Source: Patescibacteria group bacterium (lineage in GTDB: Bacteria; Patescibacteriota; Patescibacteriia; UBA9934). Taken from it: 64,000 bases of DNA. Of the stretch, positions 8,079 to 18,575 are shown piece after piece. Position 1 is the first letter of the stretch. Each line of letters opens with the position of its first letter. A model generated the notes under the pieces. The model was not told the origin of the DNA. It did no database searches and saw only the letters and a program-made list of their open reading frames with translations. The stretch is from NCBI GenBank assembly GCA_038064675.1, contig JBBTSM010000005.1:4686-68685 (forward strand), given 5' to 3'. Made by a program: the position numbers and the translations under genes.

Positions 8079-9800
8079 TTATTTCTTCGCTGGTTTCTCC
8101 GCATCAACGAGCCACTGAATGATTCGGAGGTCGTCGTAAGAATATTTTCCTTGGAAATGGTCGAAGACTGGGCGGAGGAAGCGGCCGCGGGTTTTGAGTT
8201 CGATAATGATCGGCGCAACCTCGGCGTGAATGTCTTTGACATCGTTCCGCAGCCGATCGAAGACATTGTTCGGTAACTTGTCGAGCGCGCGGACCTCCTC
8301 AAGATGGCCGACAATTGTTCCAACGGTGCGCGATCGCTCCTTTGCAACATCTGCGATCGATTTTCCATCGATGACAAGCGAGAGCGTTTCCGTCCATTTT
8401 GGTTCTTTCGTTTTCTTTGCCGGCTTCGATGGAAAGTATGCCGAAAGCGCGTCGATCGTTTCACGAATCACCGACTCCTTTTTCCCACCACATGCTTTGA
8501 TAAACGCATCAGCATCGGCTTTCCGGTCCTCCTCGCTCCGATTCGAAATCACCGTCTCCGCTGCAAGCGACTGCGCGCGAAATTCCTCGTCTCTTTCAAG
8601 CACCACAGGATCAACTTCAAGAGCACGCGCATTCAATCCGCCAAGGAAGAGCCCCGCCAATGATCGAACACGAGAAAGCGCGACGTAACCCTGGCCGTAC
8701 GCAAATGCAGTACCAAGGTCGATAAACGCGCCGTCGAGCGACATGCCCTGGCTCTTGTGTACGGTCATTGCCCACGCTAATCGCAGCGGAAGCTGACGAA
8801 GTGTCGCAAGCGGAGCGCCACCGTCTCCATCCACACTCCACATTCCCGGCTCCACACAAATCATTCGGCCAGACTTTAATTGGACGACTGGATATTTTGT
8901 TTCAGCATCGAAATCGACAACGTCAGCGATCGATCCGTTCACGTATCCCTCGGCCGGATTGTTTCGCGTAAACATGACGCGAGCACCAATTTTCAAGGTC
9001 AGTTTTTCCGGCGACAAACACCCGCGCTTCATTTGCTCGACCAATTTTGGATTTCCTGACGAGGTCATGGTGTACGTTTTCTCTTTCGCGAGAAGCATCC
9101 GCAGACGATCGGTGTTGATTCGATCGACGTCCGCGTTGTGCGAGTAGAGTTTTGTGATGTCGCGATCGTCGGACATACATCGACGCGCATGAAGGGCTTC
9201 GACGTGATCCGCAGTGAGCGATCCACGACGGAGTGCGGCAAGGATATCGAGAAAGATCGGATCTTCCTGACGATGTTGCTCCGACAAATAACAGACCGTG
9301 AGATTCGCGTCGTCCCAGCTGCGTGCGGCAAATGCGAATCGTGCAGGAGGCTCATCATGACGAGTCACCGGCGGAAGCTGAAAGAAGTCGCCAACGAGCA
9401 CGATCTGAATGCCACCAAATGGCGCATCGGAATCCTTAAGGGTTCGGCAAACGAGATCAACGGAATCCAGCATCGCAGCATCGAGCATTGAGATCTCGTC
9501 GATAATAAGCACCGATGTTTTGTTCATCCGTGCCATGAGCGCACTGTTCGTTTTTAATTCCCGACACTCCCCTCGCGAAATGTGCTTTCGAATTCCCAAT
9601 CCGCTCCAGGAATGAATCGTCATTCCGCCAATGTGCGTTGCAGCGATTCCTGTGCTTGCCGTCATCGCCGGAGCAACACCGCGTGATTGCAAAAATTTGA
9701 TGTACTCGCGAATGGTGTGACTCTTTCCGGCGCCAGGTTCCCCCGTCAAAAAAACGTTTGCGCCAGTCTTTAAAATATCGAGCGCATCCGCTTGGGTCAT
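8079..9800 (-). CDS. ATP-dependent DNA helicase, PIF1/RecD-like (SF1) with C-terminal HTH domain
   Basis: 573 aa; Walker A GEPGAGKSHT, Walker B LIIDEISM, RecD-like motifs QLPPV, TVHKSQG; C-terminal ~120 aa HTH-like. Confidence 0.8.
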   Translation of the reverse strand: MTQADALDILKTGANVFLTGEPGAGKSHTIREYIKFLQSRGVAPAMTASTGIAATHIGGMTIHSWSGLGIRKHISRGECRELKTNSALMARMNKTSVLIIDEISMLDAAMLDSVDLVCRTLKDSDAPFGGIQIVLVGDFFQLPPVTRHDEPPARFAFAARSWDDANLTVCYLSEQHRQEDPIFLDILAALRRGSLTADHVEALHARRCMSDDRDITKLYSHNADVDRINTDRLRMLLAKEKTYTMTSSGNPKLVEQMKRGCLSPEKLTLKIGARVMFTRNNPAEGYVNGSIADVVDFDAETKYPVVQLKSGRMICVEPGMWSVDGDGGAPLATLRQLPLRLAWAMTVHKSQGMSLDGAFIDLGTAFAYGQGYVALSRVRSLAGLFLGGLNARALEVDPVVLERDEEFRAQSLAAETVISNRSEEDRKADADAFIKACGGKKESVIRETIDALSAYFPSKPAKKTKEPKWTETLSLVIDGKSIADVAKERSRTVGTIVGHLEEVRALDKLPNNVFDRLRNDVKDIHAEVAPIIIELKTRGRFLRPVFDHFQGKYSYDDLRIIQWLVDAEKPAKK

Positions 9801-9943
9801 AGTAGGAACATTCTATCGTACATCGCACCTTTCGTAACGCCCAACATCTCATCCCTTTTCCACAATCCTTCCCCCTTTTCAATATCGATAAAGAAGATTG
9901 ATCTCTCCGTATTTTTCTGATACATTCCCATCGTTCAATCTTG

Positions 9944-10019
9944 GCCGTGTGGTGAAGTGGTTAACACAGCGGTCTGCAAAACCGCGATACGCCGGTTCGA
10001 ATCTGGCCACGGCCTCCAA
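9944..10019 (+). tRNA. tRNA-Cys (GCA)
   Basis: cloverleaf: acceptor GGCCGTG/CACGGCC, anticodon arm GCGGT-CTGCAAA-ACCGC, T-loop TTCGAAT, 3' CCA encoded. Confidence 0.85.
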
Positions 10020-10026
10020 AGAAAAT

Positions 10027-10059
10027 ACTCCGTCATTGCGACGGAGTGTTTTCTTTTCT
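10027..10059. terminator. bidirectional intrinsic terminator (tRNA-Cys / lipoprotein gene)
   Basis: actccgtc-attgc-gacggagt followed by gttttcttttct. Confidence 0.5.
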
Positions 10060-10068
10060 ATATAGGTC

Positions 10069-10674
10069 TTATTCGTTCGTCTTCACGTCACTCGCCGTTG
10101 CGGCTGGAACAGTATCAGTGAACGAGGTCACCGGCTTTGCGGAAAGAATCACCGCCTCGGCCACGGAAGCTTCTTGGCCGACCTGCCACACGGTAAACAT
10201 GTACTTTTCACCACTGGATGTTTGAAGGTAGTAGGTCGTTGTACAAGAACCCGGCTTGCAATCGTTCGCGACACCAGCCGCTTTCCAGAAGCCGCTCCCA
10301 AGATCAGTGGCATCCTTTGGGATCGATCGGCGCGAATCAAGCGTATCAACGTCGATCTTTGTGTAATCCGTGGAAACGTAGCCTTCCTTCGAAATGGTAT
10401 CGACCGGAGTTGTCGTTCGTGCGATTGGCTTGTCGGTACTCTGCAGCGAAACCGTTTCCATGGTGTGATTCACATCCTGCGACAACGTTGGAAGGCTTTC
10501 GTTTGGCTGTGCGTATCCCACAACCTCCACCCAGCCGGACGGCAAATCGAATGCAAGCTTCCATTTTCCTTCAACGGCGTTACCTCCGGTGATCGACGAC
10601 ACAATACCCGATGTACACCCAGCACCAGTCAACAACAGCACCGCGGCACTAATGGAAAGAAGAAGTCGTTTCAT
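10069..10674 (-). CDS. lipoprotein, unknown function
   Basis: 201 aa; signal peptide with lipobox MKRLLLSISAAVLLLTGAGC. Confidence 0.6.
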   Translation of the reverse strand: MKRLLLSISAAVLLLTGAGCTSGIVSSITGGNAVEGKWKLAFDLPSGWVEVVGYAQPNESLPTLSQDVNHTMETVSLQSTDKPIARTTTPVDTISKEGYVSTDYTKIDVDTLDSRRSIPKDATDLGSGFWKAAGVANDCKPGSCTTTYYLQTSSGEKYMFTVWQVGQEASVAEAVILSAKPVTSFTDTVPAATASDVKTNE

Positions 10675-10769
10675 ATACTGACAGTGTAAGGGAAATGGAC
10701 GCGTTGGGCAAAATGAACAACAGAAAAGGCTCCCGATATCTCGAGAGCCCTTCTATATTGTATTCTTTC

Positions 10770-11285
10770 TTATTTCGCGCGATAGACTTCGATCGCCACG
10801 GTGCGAACACCGAACTGACGAGCGCCTGGACCTTCCTCCATCCAGATATCGATACGTTTGTCGTACCGCGGGTTCATGCGGTCTTCCACTGTAAAGATCT
10901 GGTCGCCGAAGTACTCTGGAATTTTCACCAAGGTACCCATCGGCAAGAAGTTCGCAGCGATAACACCCATACGAACATGGGTACCGCTGGCCGTAATAAA
11001 CGGCGTATCGTCGGTTTGAGCAGGATCGCTATTATATGCGGTTGCGGTTACCCGCATCGTATACGTCGGATCACGGAGATCTGCCCCAGGAAGCTGACCA
11101 AATGGCATGGTCGCATTCTTCATGGCCGCAACCTCAAGTTCAGTTGCCCGACCCACCGAAAATGCGGTTGCCGTGGCACGAGCCGCGGAAGGGAGAGCAA
11201 AGTATCCGGAAAGAAGAACAAGGGCAGCAAGAGTGGCAACTTCTACCGGCGAACGCTTGAGGATCATTTTGATGCGATTGATCAT
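10770..11285 (-). CDS. 3D (Asp-Asp-Asp) domain protein, MltA/YuiC-like cell-wall binding
   Basis: ATAYNSDPAQTDDTPFITASGTHVRMGVIAANFLPMGTLVKIPEYFGDQIFTVEDRM...IDIWM; N-terminal signal/TM; start uncertain (ORF to 11324). Confidence 0.65.
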   Translation of the reverse strand: MINRIKMILKRSPVEVATLAALVLLSGYFALPSAARATATAFSVGRATELEVAAMKNATMPFGQLPGADLRDPTYTMRVTATAYNSDPAQTDDTPFITASGTHVRMGVIAANFLPMGTLVKIPEYFGDQIFTVEDRMNPRYDKRIDIWMEEGPGARQFGVRTVAIEVYRAK

Positions 11286-11540
11286 AGAATATAAAAAATC
11301 GGCTACTGCTGCCGAATTTTTCATGCGAATAGTATAGCATTTCTACGCCATTTTGTCAACGGTTTTTTGCCATTTATTGGCTAATATTAGCCATGTTATC
11401 CACCGTATTTTTTGCCCTTTTTTTGAGCACAACGTATGATGCAAATACTCCACCAATTTTTTGAACTTTCTATGCAACGATACGGCAAGTACCGGTCCGA
11501 ACTTCACAAAAATCGCCTTGTCGCCGCCGCTCTTCATCGC

Positions 11541-14387
11541 ATGAAGGCGATGACCAAGGGCTCCCTTTTTAAAAATCTCATCCTTGGTGGTGTTGCCCTC
11601 CTTCTTTTAGGCGCACTCTCACTTTTCGTAGGATATCTTTGGATTAAGCAGACCCTACCTACCACCGAGGATATTTTGAATCGCGACGTTGCCCAATCTA
11701 CAAAAATCTACGACAGAACCGACACGCACCTCCTGTACGAAATCGCCGAAAGCGAGAAAAGAACCATCGTTCCCATTGAACAAATGCCCCAAAATCTCTT
11801 GAATGCCACCATTACCGCGGAAGACCGCCAATTCTACAATCATCACGGCATCAACTACCTCAGTATCGCTCGATCAATCTACGAGGACATTAAGTGCGGA
11901 TGCAAGGCACAGGGAGCCTCAACACTCACGCAACAAATGGTCCGTAACGTCATTCTTACGCTTGATAAAACCGTTACGCGCAAGGTGAAGGAGATTCTTT
12001 TGTCGTACGCGGTGGAGGACAAATTTACAAAGGAAGAAATTTTGAGTCTCTACCTCAATCAAATTGGATACGGAGGCGCGAACTACGGCGTGCAATCCGC
12101 AAGCCAGGCGTATTTTGGCAAAGACGTAAAAGACCTCTCTCTTGCAGAGTCCGCAACACTCGCAGCACTTCCAAAGCAGCCGAGTACCTACCTCAAAAAC
12201 GCCGACCGTCTCAAAGAGCGTCGTGATTGGATTTTGGAAAGCATGGAGGAACTTGGATATGCCACGCATGATCAAGTTGTTGCCGCAGAAGCAGAGGAAA
12301 CTCCAGTCGTCGCAAAACTCGGCAACATTACCGCTCCACATTTTGTGCTTTGGGTGAAAGACCAACTCGAAGCAACATACACAGAGCGCGAAGTGGAAAC
12401 CGGCGGACTTCACGTCGTCACCACGCTCGATTACGACAAGCAAATGGCCGCAGAAGCCGCAGTCACCGCAAATGTGGCAGCAAAGAGCGAAGCATACGGA
12501 TTCAACAACGCCGGGCTTCTTGCAATCGACCCAAAGACCGGACAAATTCTCGCAATGGTAGGAAGCGCGGATTATTTTAACGACGAAATTCAAGGTCAGG
12601 TAAACGTTACGGAACAGGCGCTCCAACCAGGAAGCAGCATGAAGCCGCTTATTTACGCCGCGTCGTGGGAAAAAGGCTACACGCCAAACACCATCCTTTG
12701 GGACGTTGATACCGTTATCCCAACAGAAACCGGCCCATACAACCCACACAACTTCGACAACGGCGAGCACGGCTATGTAACCATGCGAAAGGCGCTGCAA
12801 GGTTCCTTAAACATTCCTGCAGTAAAAGCGATGTATCTCGTTGGCGTCGATAGCGCCATTACCTTCCTTCAGCGTATGGGATACACCACGCTTGAGGATC
12901 GATCGCGTTTTGGACTTTCGCTCGTGCTTGGCGGCGGAGAGGTAACGATGATTGACCATCTTCGTGCATACGGCACATTCGCGAACAGCGGCATTCAACA
13001 AACAACCACAGGAATTCTCAAAGTCACCGACTCTACAGGCGCAACGCTCGAGGAGTGGAAGGTTGAAGAACATGCCGGTGCACAAATCGTAGACGCAAAC
13101 ATCGCAAATACCGTGAGTAACGTTCTCTCAGACAACAACGCCCGATCATACGTCTTCGGCGTGAACAGTGCTCTGCAACTCGGATCTCGACCAGTTGCGG
13201 CAAAAACAGGAACAACGAGCGATTTTAACGACGCGTGGACGATGGGATATACCCCGTCACTTACTGCGGGAGTTTGGGTAGGAAACACCGATGGAACAAA
13301 GATGTATAAAAATGCAGAAGCCGTCTTTGTTGCCGCGCCGATATGGAAGGAGTTCATGCAAAAGGCACTCGACGGTACACCGATCGAAGCTTTTCCAACG
13401 CCAACCATCGCGTCTACCGGAAAAGACATGCTCGACGGGAATATTCCAGTTCAGACATACACGATCGATACCAGCACCGGAAAACTTGCAAACGCCCTCA
13501 CGCCGGAACGATTTAAAGAAACGAAAACCTGTGGCGAGTATCACGATATTCTCATGTACGTCAGCAAAGACGATCCTCGCGGACCAATACCGGAAGACCC
13601 ATCCGCCGATCCGCAGTACCAAGTATGGGAAGACGCGGTGCAGGCGTGGATCACCAAACACAATGCAAATCTAAAACCTGGAGAAGTCGCAATCACCACA
13701 TGTAAAGACGTCCCGACCGAGAGCGATGATGTTCACACGTCACAGAATCAGCCGAGCATCAAAATTAGTTCCCCAACAAACGGAACATCCATCGGCCGGA
13801 CCATCACCACAACGCTCAATACATCTGTTCGCCGAACGTTCTCTCGCGTCGAATACACCATCGACGACGCGGTGGTGAATAGTAGTCACAACATGAACGG
13901 CGACATCTTCACGCTTCCAAGTTGGGTTACCAAAGGGAATCACACACTTCGCGCAACAATCTACGATGACGTGGACAATAACGCGAGCGATAGCATCACG
14001 ATCTCTATCAATGAATCAAGCGGTGGAGAGGCGCAGTTTCACATTACCAATCCATTCTCCAATCAAACCATCGACAACACCGGCGTGCCATACACGGTCG
14101 TCGTAGAAGTTCCGAACGTAAATGAAGTGACGTACCTCGAAGTTACTGCAGAAAATCTTTGGACCGGAGAAACAAAAATGATCGGGAGCACGACGCATCC
14201 GTCATCAATCACCAGTATTTCCTGGAACATCAGCGCCGACGCGCGATATCAACTCATTGCTCGGGCCTCAACGCCAACAGGCGGAACGCTCGAATCCAGT
14301 CCAGTGCTTGTTACCGTCACGACACCCGCACCGTTCGCCGGCACACCAATTGATAGCGTCCTTATTACTACGCCCACGACACTATAG
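11541..14387 (+). CDS. class A penicillin-binding protein (PBP1A, transglycosylase+transpeptidase) with long C-terminal Ig-like extension
   Basis: GT51 motifs EDRQFYNHHGIN, GASTLTQQ; TP motifs SSMKP, SLN, KTGTT; N-terminal TM; start set at ATG 11541 (MKAMTKG...), ORF opens 11436. Confidence 0.85.
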   Translation: MKAMTKGSLFKNLILGGVALLLLGALSLFVGYLWIKQTLPTTEDILNRDVAQSTKIYDRTDTHLLYEIAESEKRTIVPIEQMPQNLLNATITAEDRQFYNHHGINYLSIARSIYEDIKCGCKAQGASTLTQQMVRNVILTLDKTVTRKVKEILLSYAVEDKFTKEEILSLYLNQIGYGGANYGVQSASQAYFGKDVKDLSLAESATLAALPKQPSTYLKNADRLKERRDWILESMEELGYATHDQVVAAEAEETPVVAKLGNITAPHFVLWVKDQLEATYTEREVETGGLHVVTTLDYDKQMAAEAAVTANVAAKSEAYGFNNAGLLAIDPKTGQILAMVGSADYFNDEIQGQVNVTEQALQPGSSMKPLIYAASWEKGYTPNTILWDVDTVIPTETGPYNPHNFDNGEHGYVTMRKALQGSLNIPAVKAMYLVGVDSAITFLQRMGYTTLEDRSRFGLSLVLGGGEVTMIDHLRAYGTFANSGIQQTTTGILKVTDSTGATLEEWKVEEHAGAQIVDANIANTVSNVLSDNNARSYVFGVNSALQLGSRPVAAKTGTTSDFNDAWTMGYTPSLTAGVWVGNTDGTKMYKNAEAVFVAAPIWKEFMQKALDGTPIEAFPTPTIASTGKDMLDGNIPVQTYTIDTSTGKLANALTPERFKETKTCGEYHDILMYVSKDDPRGPIPEDPSADPQYQVWEDAVQAWITKHNANLKPGEVAITTCKDVPTESDDVHTSQNQPSIKISSPTNGTSIGRTITTTLNTSVRRTFSRVEYTIDDAVVNSSHNMNGDIFTLPSWVTKGNHTLRATIYDDVDNNASDSITISINESSGGEAQFHITNPFSNQTIDNTGVPYTVVVEVPNVNEVTYLEVTAENLWTGETKMIGSTTHPSSITSISWNISADARYQLIARASTPTGGTLESSPVLVTVTTPAPFAGTPIDSVLITTPTTL

Positions 14388-14407
14388 GTATTTGATCATA
14401 AAAATTT

Positions 14408-14460
14408 CAGCGCCCCGTGAAACCGTTGGAGTCTCACGGGGCGCTGTTCGTCTCTTTTTG
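14408..14460 (+). terminator. intrinsic terminator after PBP gene
   Basis: cagcgccccgtga-(13 nt loop)-tcacggggcgctg then ttcgtctctttttg. Confidence 0.6.
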
Positions 14461-14558
14461 TGAGAACTACATCTTTGCTCTCTTCGGCCGCTGCATCTAT
14501 CCCAAGCAAGCCAGCGACCTCACAGCGGCGGTTGGCGAGACCCCGCGTGTTCTCACGA

Positions 14559-15692
14559 CTACTGCCTGATAGGCATCACGATGTAGAGATATTTCTCATC
14601 GGGAAGATTATGCGGAGTAACGACGCACGGTTGCATGGCATCGATGAACTTGAGAACAATCTTTTCCGACGTCATCGCATTCACGCCATCGAGAAGATAA
14701 CGGAAGTTCAACACAGCTGAGTTTACGTTTCCGGTCATTTCCCCCTCAACCGTGACCGTGTTCTCGCCGCGACCAACGTCGGCCGCAGAAAGCGTGACGG
14801 TTTTTTCGGCCGGGTTCGCCTCGAGACGCACGTCGAACAATCCAGCCTTCGAGAACAGGCTCGTTCGACGAATGGCCTGGGAAAATGCCGTTTTATCAAT
14901 CGTAATCTCTGTTGCCGACGTTTTGGGGATAATCTGTCGATAATCTGGATAAACACCCTCAACCGTACGAGATGACAACTCGACGGTTCCGTAACGGAAC
15001 ACAATCTGACTTTCAGTAAGCTCGACGTCAATATTTTCTGGATTTTCCACGCTGTCGCGAAGCACGCTCAAGATTCGTCGAAGTTCTCCGAGCGTTCGCG
15101 ACGGCACAATTGCCTTCCGCTCGCCTTCCGCAGCTTCGCCAAGTGCGATCGTCTTTTCTCCGAGACGATAGCTGTCTGTCGCGGCAAGGACGAGTTGCTT
15201 ATTGAGCCCGTCAAAGTGCATGAACACACCGGTAAGCGCTTGTCGTGCCTCGTTCGTCGCAACAGCAAAGAGCACTTGGCTGAGCGCCGAATCAAGAGCC
15301 GCGGCAGGAACGACAAATCGAACACCGCCAGTGACCGGTGGGATTAACGGGAATTCGTTTGCGGGAATCCCATTAATCTTCGTCTTTGTTTTTTCGCAGA
15401 CAATCGATACCGCGTGGTCGAGAAGATCGAGATCAACTCTTTCGTTTGGCAAAAGGGCAACGTAATCCGCAAAGAGTTTTGATGGAAGCGTGTATTCTCC
15501 TGGCTGGTCGACCTTCCCTCGGATCGTGCACGTAATCGTCAACTCAAGATTCGTTGCGGTGAGTTTGATTCCTCCAACGTCTGCCCGAAGCAAAACATTG
15601 TTCAGAATAGGAAGGTTCGTATTCTTTCCAGAGATGTGACTCGTAATAGCCAGACCCTGGTATAAATTTTCTCGCGTGCAAGAGAGCTTCAC
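14559..15692 (-). CDS. dnaN: DNA polymerase III beta sliding clamp
   Basis: downstream of dnaA; N-terminus with GTG start gives MKLSCTRENLYQGLAITSHISGKNTNLPILNNVLLRA, the canonical DnaN start; ORF extends to 15869. Confidence 0.85.
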   Translation of the reverse strand: MKLSCTRENLYQGLAITSHISGKNTNLPILNNVLLRADVGGIKLTATNLELTITCTIRGKVDQPGEYTLPSKLFADYVALLPNERVDLDLLDHAVSIVCEKTKTKINGIPANEFPLIPPVTGGVRFVVPAAALDSALSQVLFAVATNEARQALTGVFMHFDGLNKQLVLAATDSYRLGEKTIALGEAAEGERKAIVPSRTLGELRRILSVLRDSVENPENIDVELTESQIVFRYGTVELSSRTVEGVYPDYRQIIPKTSATEITIDKTAFSQAIRRTSLFSKAGLFDVRLEANPAEKTVTLSAADVGRGENTVTVEGEMTGNVNSAVLNFRYLLDGVNAMTSEKIVLKFIDAMQPCVVTPHNLPDEKYLYIVMPIRQ

Positions 15693-15980
15693 AATCAGGA
15701 AATTAATATCTCTATAAGAACCAGTAGTAACAGTAAGGGGTGTGTATGAAGTGGATAACGACGGAATGCTATGAGCAAAGAGCGAATTGAGCGAATTGAG
15801 CGAGGGATAGAACGTGTGGACGACGGTGATGAGCGTGGAGATAACTTCAGCGAATCGTTTGGCTGACATTTCTGTCCCCTTGTTATCCTACCCGTTTCCC
15901 CAGGGAACTCCACCCACTCGTCCACTGCTTTTTGCACCGTTCATCCACAATTCACAGGGAAGTACCCTTCTGTCCCCATG
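15693..15980. promoter_or_regulatory. dnaA-dnaN intergenic region with DnaA-box-like motifs (second oriC module) and 3x tandem 9-mer GAGCGAATT
   Basis: AGTGGATAA (1 mm), TCATCCACA (1 mm), TTATCCTAC, TTATCCCGC; tandem gagcgaattgagcgaattgagcga at ~15779-15805. Confidence 0.45.
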
Positions 15981-17369
15981 TTATCCCGCATAGAGTTTTT
16001 GTTTGATGAGTTCAAGATCTTTCTGGAGCTTTTCGTCGGTTTTTACGAGATCGGAGATCTTTCCATATGCATGCATTGCTGTGGTGTGATCTCGTCCGCC
16101 GAGCTCGTCTCCAATTGCTGGATACGACGTTTTCATTTCCTCTCGCATGAGATACATGATGATTTGTCTTGGGAATGCGAGTTTCTTTTCGCGGGATTTT
16201 CCGAGGATGTCCTCAATGGTGATATCGAAGTATTCGGAGACGATAAGAATCAACTGGCGCGGTGTAACAGTTTTGCGAACGTTTTCCGATTCGAAGCTTG
16301 CGATGATTGGTTTTACCGTTTCAAGCGTTGGAGAGATGTTGCGGAACTGATGGATGGCGATGATTTTATTCAGTGCACCCTCGAGCTCACGGATGTTCGA
16401 GTAGATGTTGCTCGCAACATAGTGAAGAATCTCGCGATCGAGGGAGAACGACTTCTCCATACACTTGCGCTGAAGAATCGCGATGCGTGTTTCGAGGTCT
16501 GGCATCCCGACATCCACAAGCATTCCCCACTCAAGGCGGGACTGTAGACGTTTTTCAAGACTGGTGATGGATTTTGGTGGGCGGTCGGACGAGATGACAA
16601 TCTGACGCTGTTCTTGATGAAGCGCGTTGAAGGTGTGGAAAAATTCTTCCTGCGTTCCTTCTTTACCAGTGATGAATTGAATATCGTCGATGAGGAGGAG
16701 GTCGACATTGCGGTAGCGATCTTTGAATTCCTTTCCTTTACCGGAACGAATGGCATTAATGAAATCGTTCGTGAATCGCTCACAAGTGACATACAGAATG
16801 CGAACATTTGGATTGCGACGACGCATTTCGTTGGCGATGGCGTGAAGAAGATGTGTTTTTCCGAGTCCGACGCCGCCGTAGATAAAGAGAGGGTTGTATG
16901 CCTGTCCTGGTTGTGCAGAGACGGCTTGTGCCGCGGCGTGAGCGAGTTCGTTTTGCTTTCCAACGACAAATGTCTGAAAAGTGTATTGTGGATTGACGGT
17001 GATTGTGCCTGTTCCGCCGGTTTCTGCGCTTCCTGTCGCGACGAATCCGTAATCTTCGGCTCCTTCTTTTGGTGCAACAGGCTTCTTCTCCTCGAGAAGA
17101 AGTGGCTGTGGGGCCTCGGTGCGCGTTGCGACGCGATACGTAAGGCTGCGAACGGCTTGGTTTGTGATTCCCTGGATTGTTTCTAGGATATCTCGGTGAT
17201 GTTTCTTGCTGATCCACTGCTGGGTGATGGTGTTTGGGACGCCAATAACTACTTCGCCGTTGTGGTAGTCGCTCACAAAGGTTTTTCGAAACCATGTTGT
17301 GAAATGGGCTTTGCTCACTTTGAGCTCCATTTCCCCCAAGACTGCCTCCCAAAGCTCGTGTGTATTCAT
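15981..17369 (-). CDS. dnaA: chromosomal replication initiator protein DnaA
   Basis: AAA+ GVGLGKTHLLHAI, LLIDDIQF, C-terminal DnaA box-binding domain; N-terminus MNTHELWEAVLGEM at ATG 17367-17369 (ORF opens with TTG at 17441). Confidence 0.9.
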   Translation of the reverse strand: MNTHELWEAVLGEMELKVSKAHFTTWFRKTFVSDYHNGEVVIGVPNTITQQWISKKHHRDILETIQGITNQAVRSLTYRVATRTEAPQPLLLEEKKPVAPKEGAEDYGFVATGSAETGGTGTITVNPQYTFQTFVVGKQNELAHAAAQAVSAQPGQAYNPLFIYGGVGLGKTHLLHAIANEMRRRNPNVRILYVTCERFTNDFINAIRSGKGKEFKDRYRNVDLLLIDDIQFITGKEGTQEEFFHTFNALHQEQRQIVISSDRPPKSITSLEKRLQSRLEWGMLVDVGMPDLETRIAILQRKCMEKSFSLDREILHYVASNIYSNIRELEGALNKIIAIHQFRNISPTLETVKPIIASFESENVRKTVTPRQLILIVSEYFDITIEDILGKSREKKLAFPRQIIMYLMREEMKTSYPAIGDELGGRDHTTAMHAYGKISDLVKTDEKLQKDLELIKQKLYAG

Positions 17370-17441
17370 AGGTATTGCGGCAGGTGGTGATGGGCTTAGG
17401 GATTCGTTGAGGGGCGTGAACTTCGGAGGCATCATAGTCAA

Positions 17442-17783
17442 TTATCCACAGCTATGAAAGGTTGCGATATTGGCTAAAAGTGGATGACTTTGGGGATAAG
17501 TGCGTAAAAAGTGGGGACAACTGACGATGTTATACACATTTTTCGTGGGAATCTGTAAAAAAAGATTTTGCGACGCCGTGTGGATGGAGAGGAATTGATC
17601 GATCGGCGAGTACGTCTTGAGCGAGCGCTGAGCGCGAGCGAATTGGGTGAGTGAGGGGGCTGCTCTCCTCCGTCGCTCAATTTGCTCAAGGCGGTAATCC
17701 GCCGGTCGCTCGCGCGTAGCGCTCGCTTAAATACTCAAAATCCATTGACATGGTATGCTTGTGGGCGTAAAGTCTTGCCACTT
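17442..17783. promoter_or_regulatory. predicted oriC (dnaA upstream region) plus divergent dnaA and rpmH promoters
   Basis: perfect DnaA box TTATCCACA at 17442-17450; further 1-2 mismatch boxes (TTATCCCCA, TCATCCACT, TTGTCCCCA, TGTGGATGG); AT-rich stretch 17526-17570; conserved rnpA-rpmH|dnaA-dnaN synteny. Confidence 0.6.
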
Positions 17784-17936
17784 ATGCCTAAGCGAACGTA
17801 TCAGCCGAAAAAGCGGCAGCGCGCGAAAGTGCACGGATTTCGGAAGCGCATGAAGTCCAAGGACGGAAAGATCGTTTTAAAACGACGCCGAGCTAAGGGC
17901 CGAAAGCGCCTCACCGTCACCGCACGCCCCCGTTAA
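17784..17936 (+). CDS. rpmH: 50S ribosomal protein L34
   Basis: [45 protein letters not shown]. Confidence 0.9.
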   Translation: MPKRTYQPKKRQRAKVHGFRKRMKSKDGKIVLKRRRAKGRKRLTVTARPR

Positions 17937-17989
17937 AAGGCAGAACCCAAAATCCGGCTTCCAGAGCCGGATTTTGATATCATTCACCT

Positions 17990-18328
17990 ATGCTCGCGAA
18001 AGATTTTCGACTGCGTCATGAGAAAGATATCGCACGAACCTTGAAATCCAAGGCCGGTGCTTTTGATACCGCATGTGGTGTGAAGGTGGTGAAAAATAAT
18101 CTCGCCGCGTCGCGATTCGCGGTTGTTGTTGGCACGAAGGTGAGTAAAAAAGCGGTTGATCGCAATCGTATTCGTCGGCAGTATCGCGAGATTGTACGTT
18201 CGATGATGAAGGAAATTAAACCGGGATTTGATGTCATTCTTCTTACTGCGAAGCCGGCACTCGATCTCGACTATCATCAGAAAGAAACAAAACTCCGGAG
18301 CACACTTCGTCGCGCGAAACTTTTATGA
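17990..18328 (+). CDS. rnpA: ribonuclease P protein component
   Basis: 112 aa basic protein, RNR motif-like RIRRQYRE, immediately after rpmH; hairpin aaatccggc-ttccaga-gccggattt between the two. Confidence 0.85.
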   Translation: MLAKDFRLRHEKDIARTLKSKAGAFDTACGVKVVKNNLAASRFAVVVGTKVSKKAVDRNRIRRQYREIVRSMMKEIKPGFDVILLTAKPALDLDYHQKETKLRSTLRRAKLL

Positions 18329-18573
18329 CCGCGCAAATTGCCCTTCGTCGAATCGCGACAGCGCCGATTGTGCTGTATCAGCGAACGCTTTCCCTCGACC
18401 ACGGCCCCATGAAGGCGATGTATCCTTCGGGCTTTTGTCCGTTCTATCCTTCGTGTTCGGAATATTGCCGTCAGTCGATTCTCAAAAACGGCGTCGCGAT
18501 CGGCGTCACAAAGGGCGCGCTGCGCATACTCCGATGTCATCCATGGACCGATGGCGGCATCGATAAGCCGTAG
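18325..18573 (+). CDS. yidD: membrane protein insertion efficiency factor YidD
   Basis: 82 aa; LYQRTLS...CPFYPSCSEYCRQSILKNG...RILRCHPW signature; overlaps rnpA stop. Confidence 0.8.
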   Translation: MTAQIALRRIATAPIVLYQRTLSLDHGPMKAMYPSGFCPFYPSCSEYCRQSILKNGVAIGVTKGALRILRCHPWTDGGIDKP

Positions 18574-18575
18574 TA

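Noticed and set aside
12807-13661. Several 90-140 aa ORFs antisense within the PBP gene
   Set aside because: Embedded in a well-supported 2.8-kb PBP1A reading frame.
16370-17352. Long ORFs on both strands overlapping dnaA
   Set aside because: dnaA frame has all AAA+ and DnaA signatures; others are translation artefacts.
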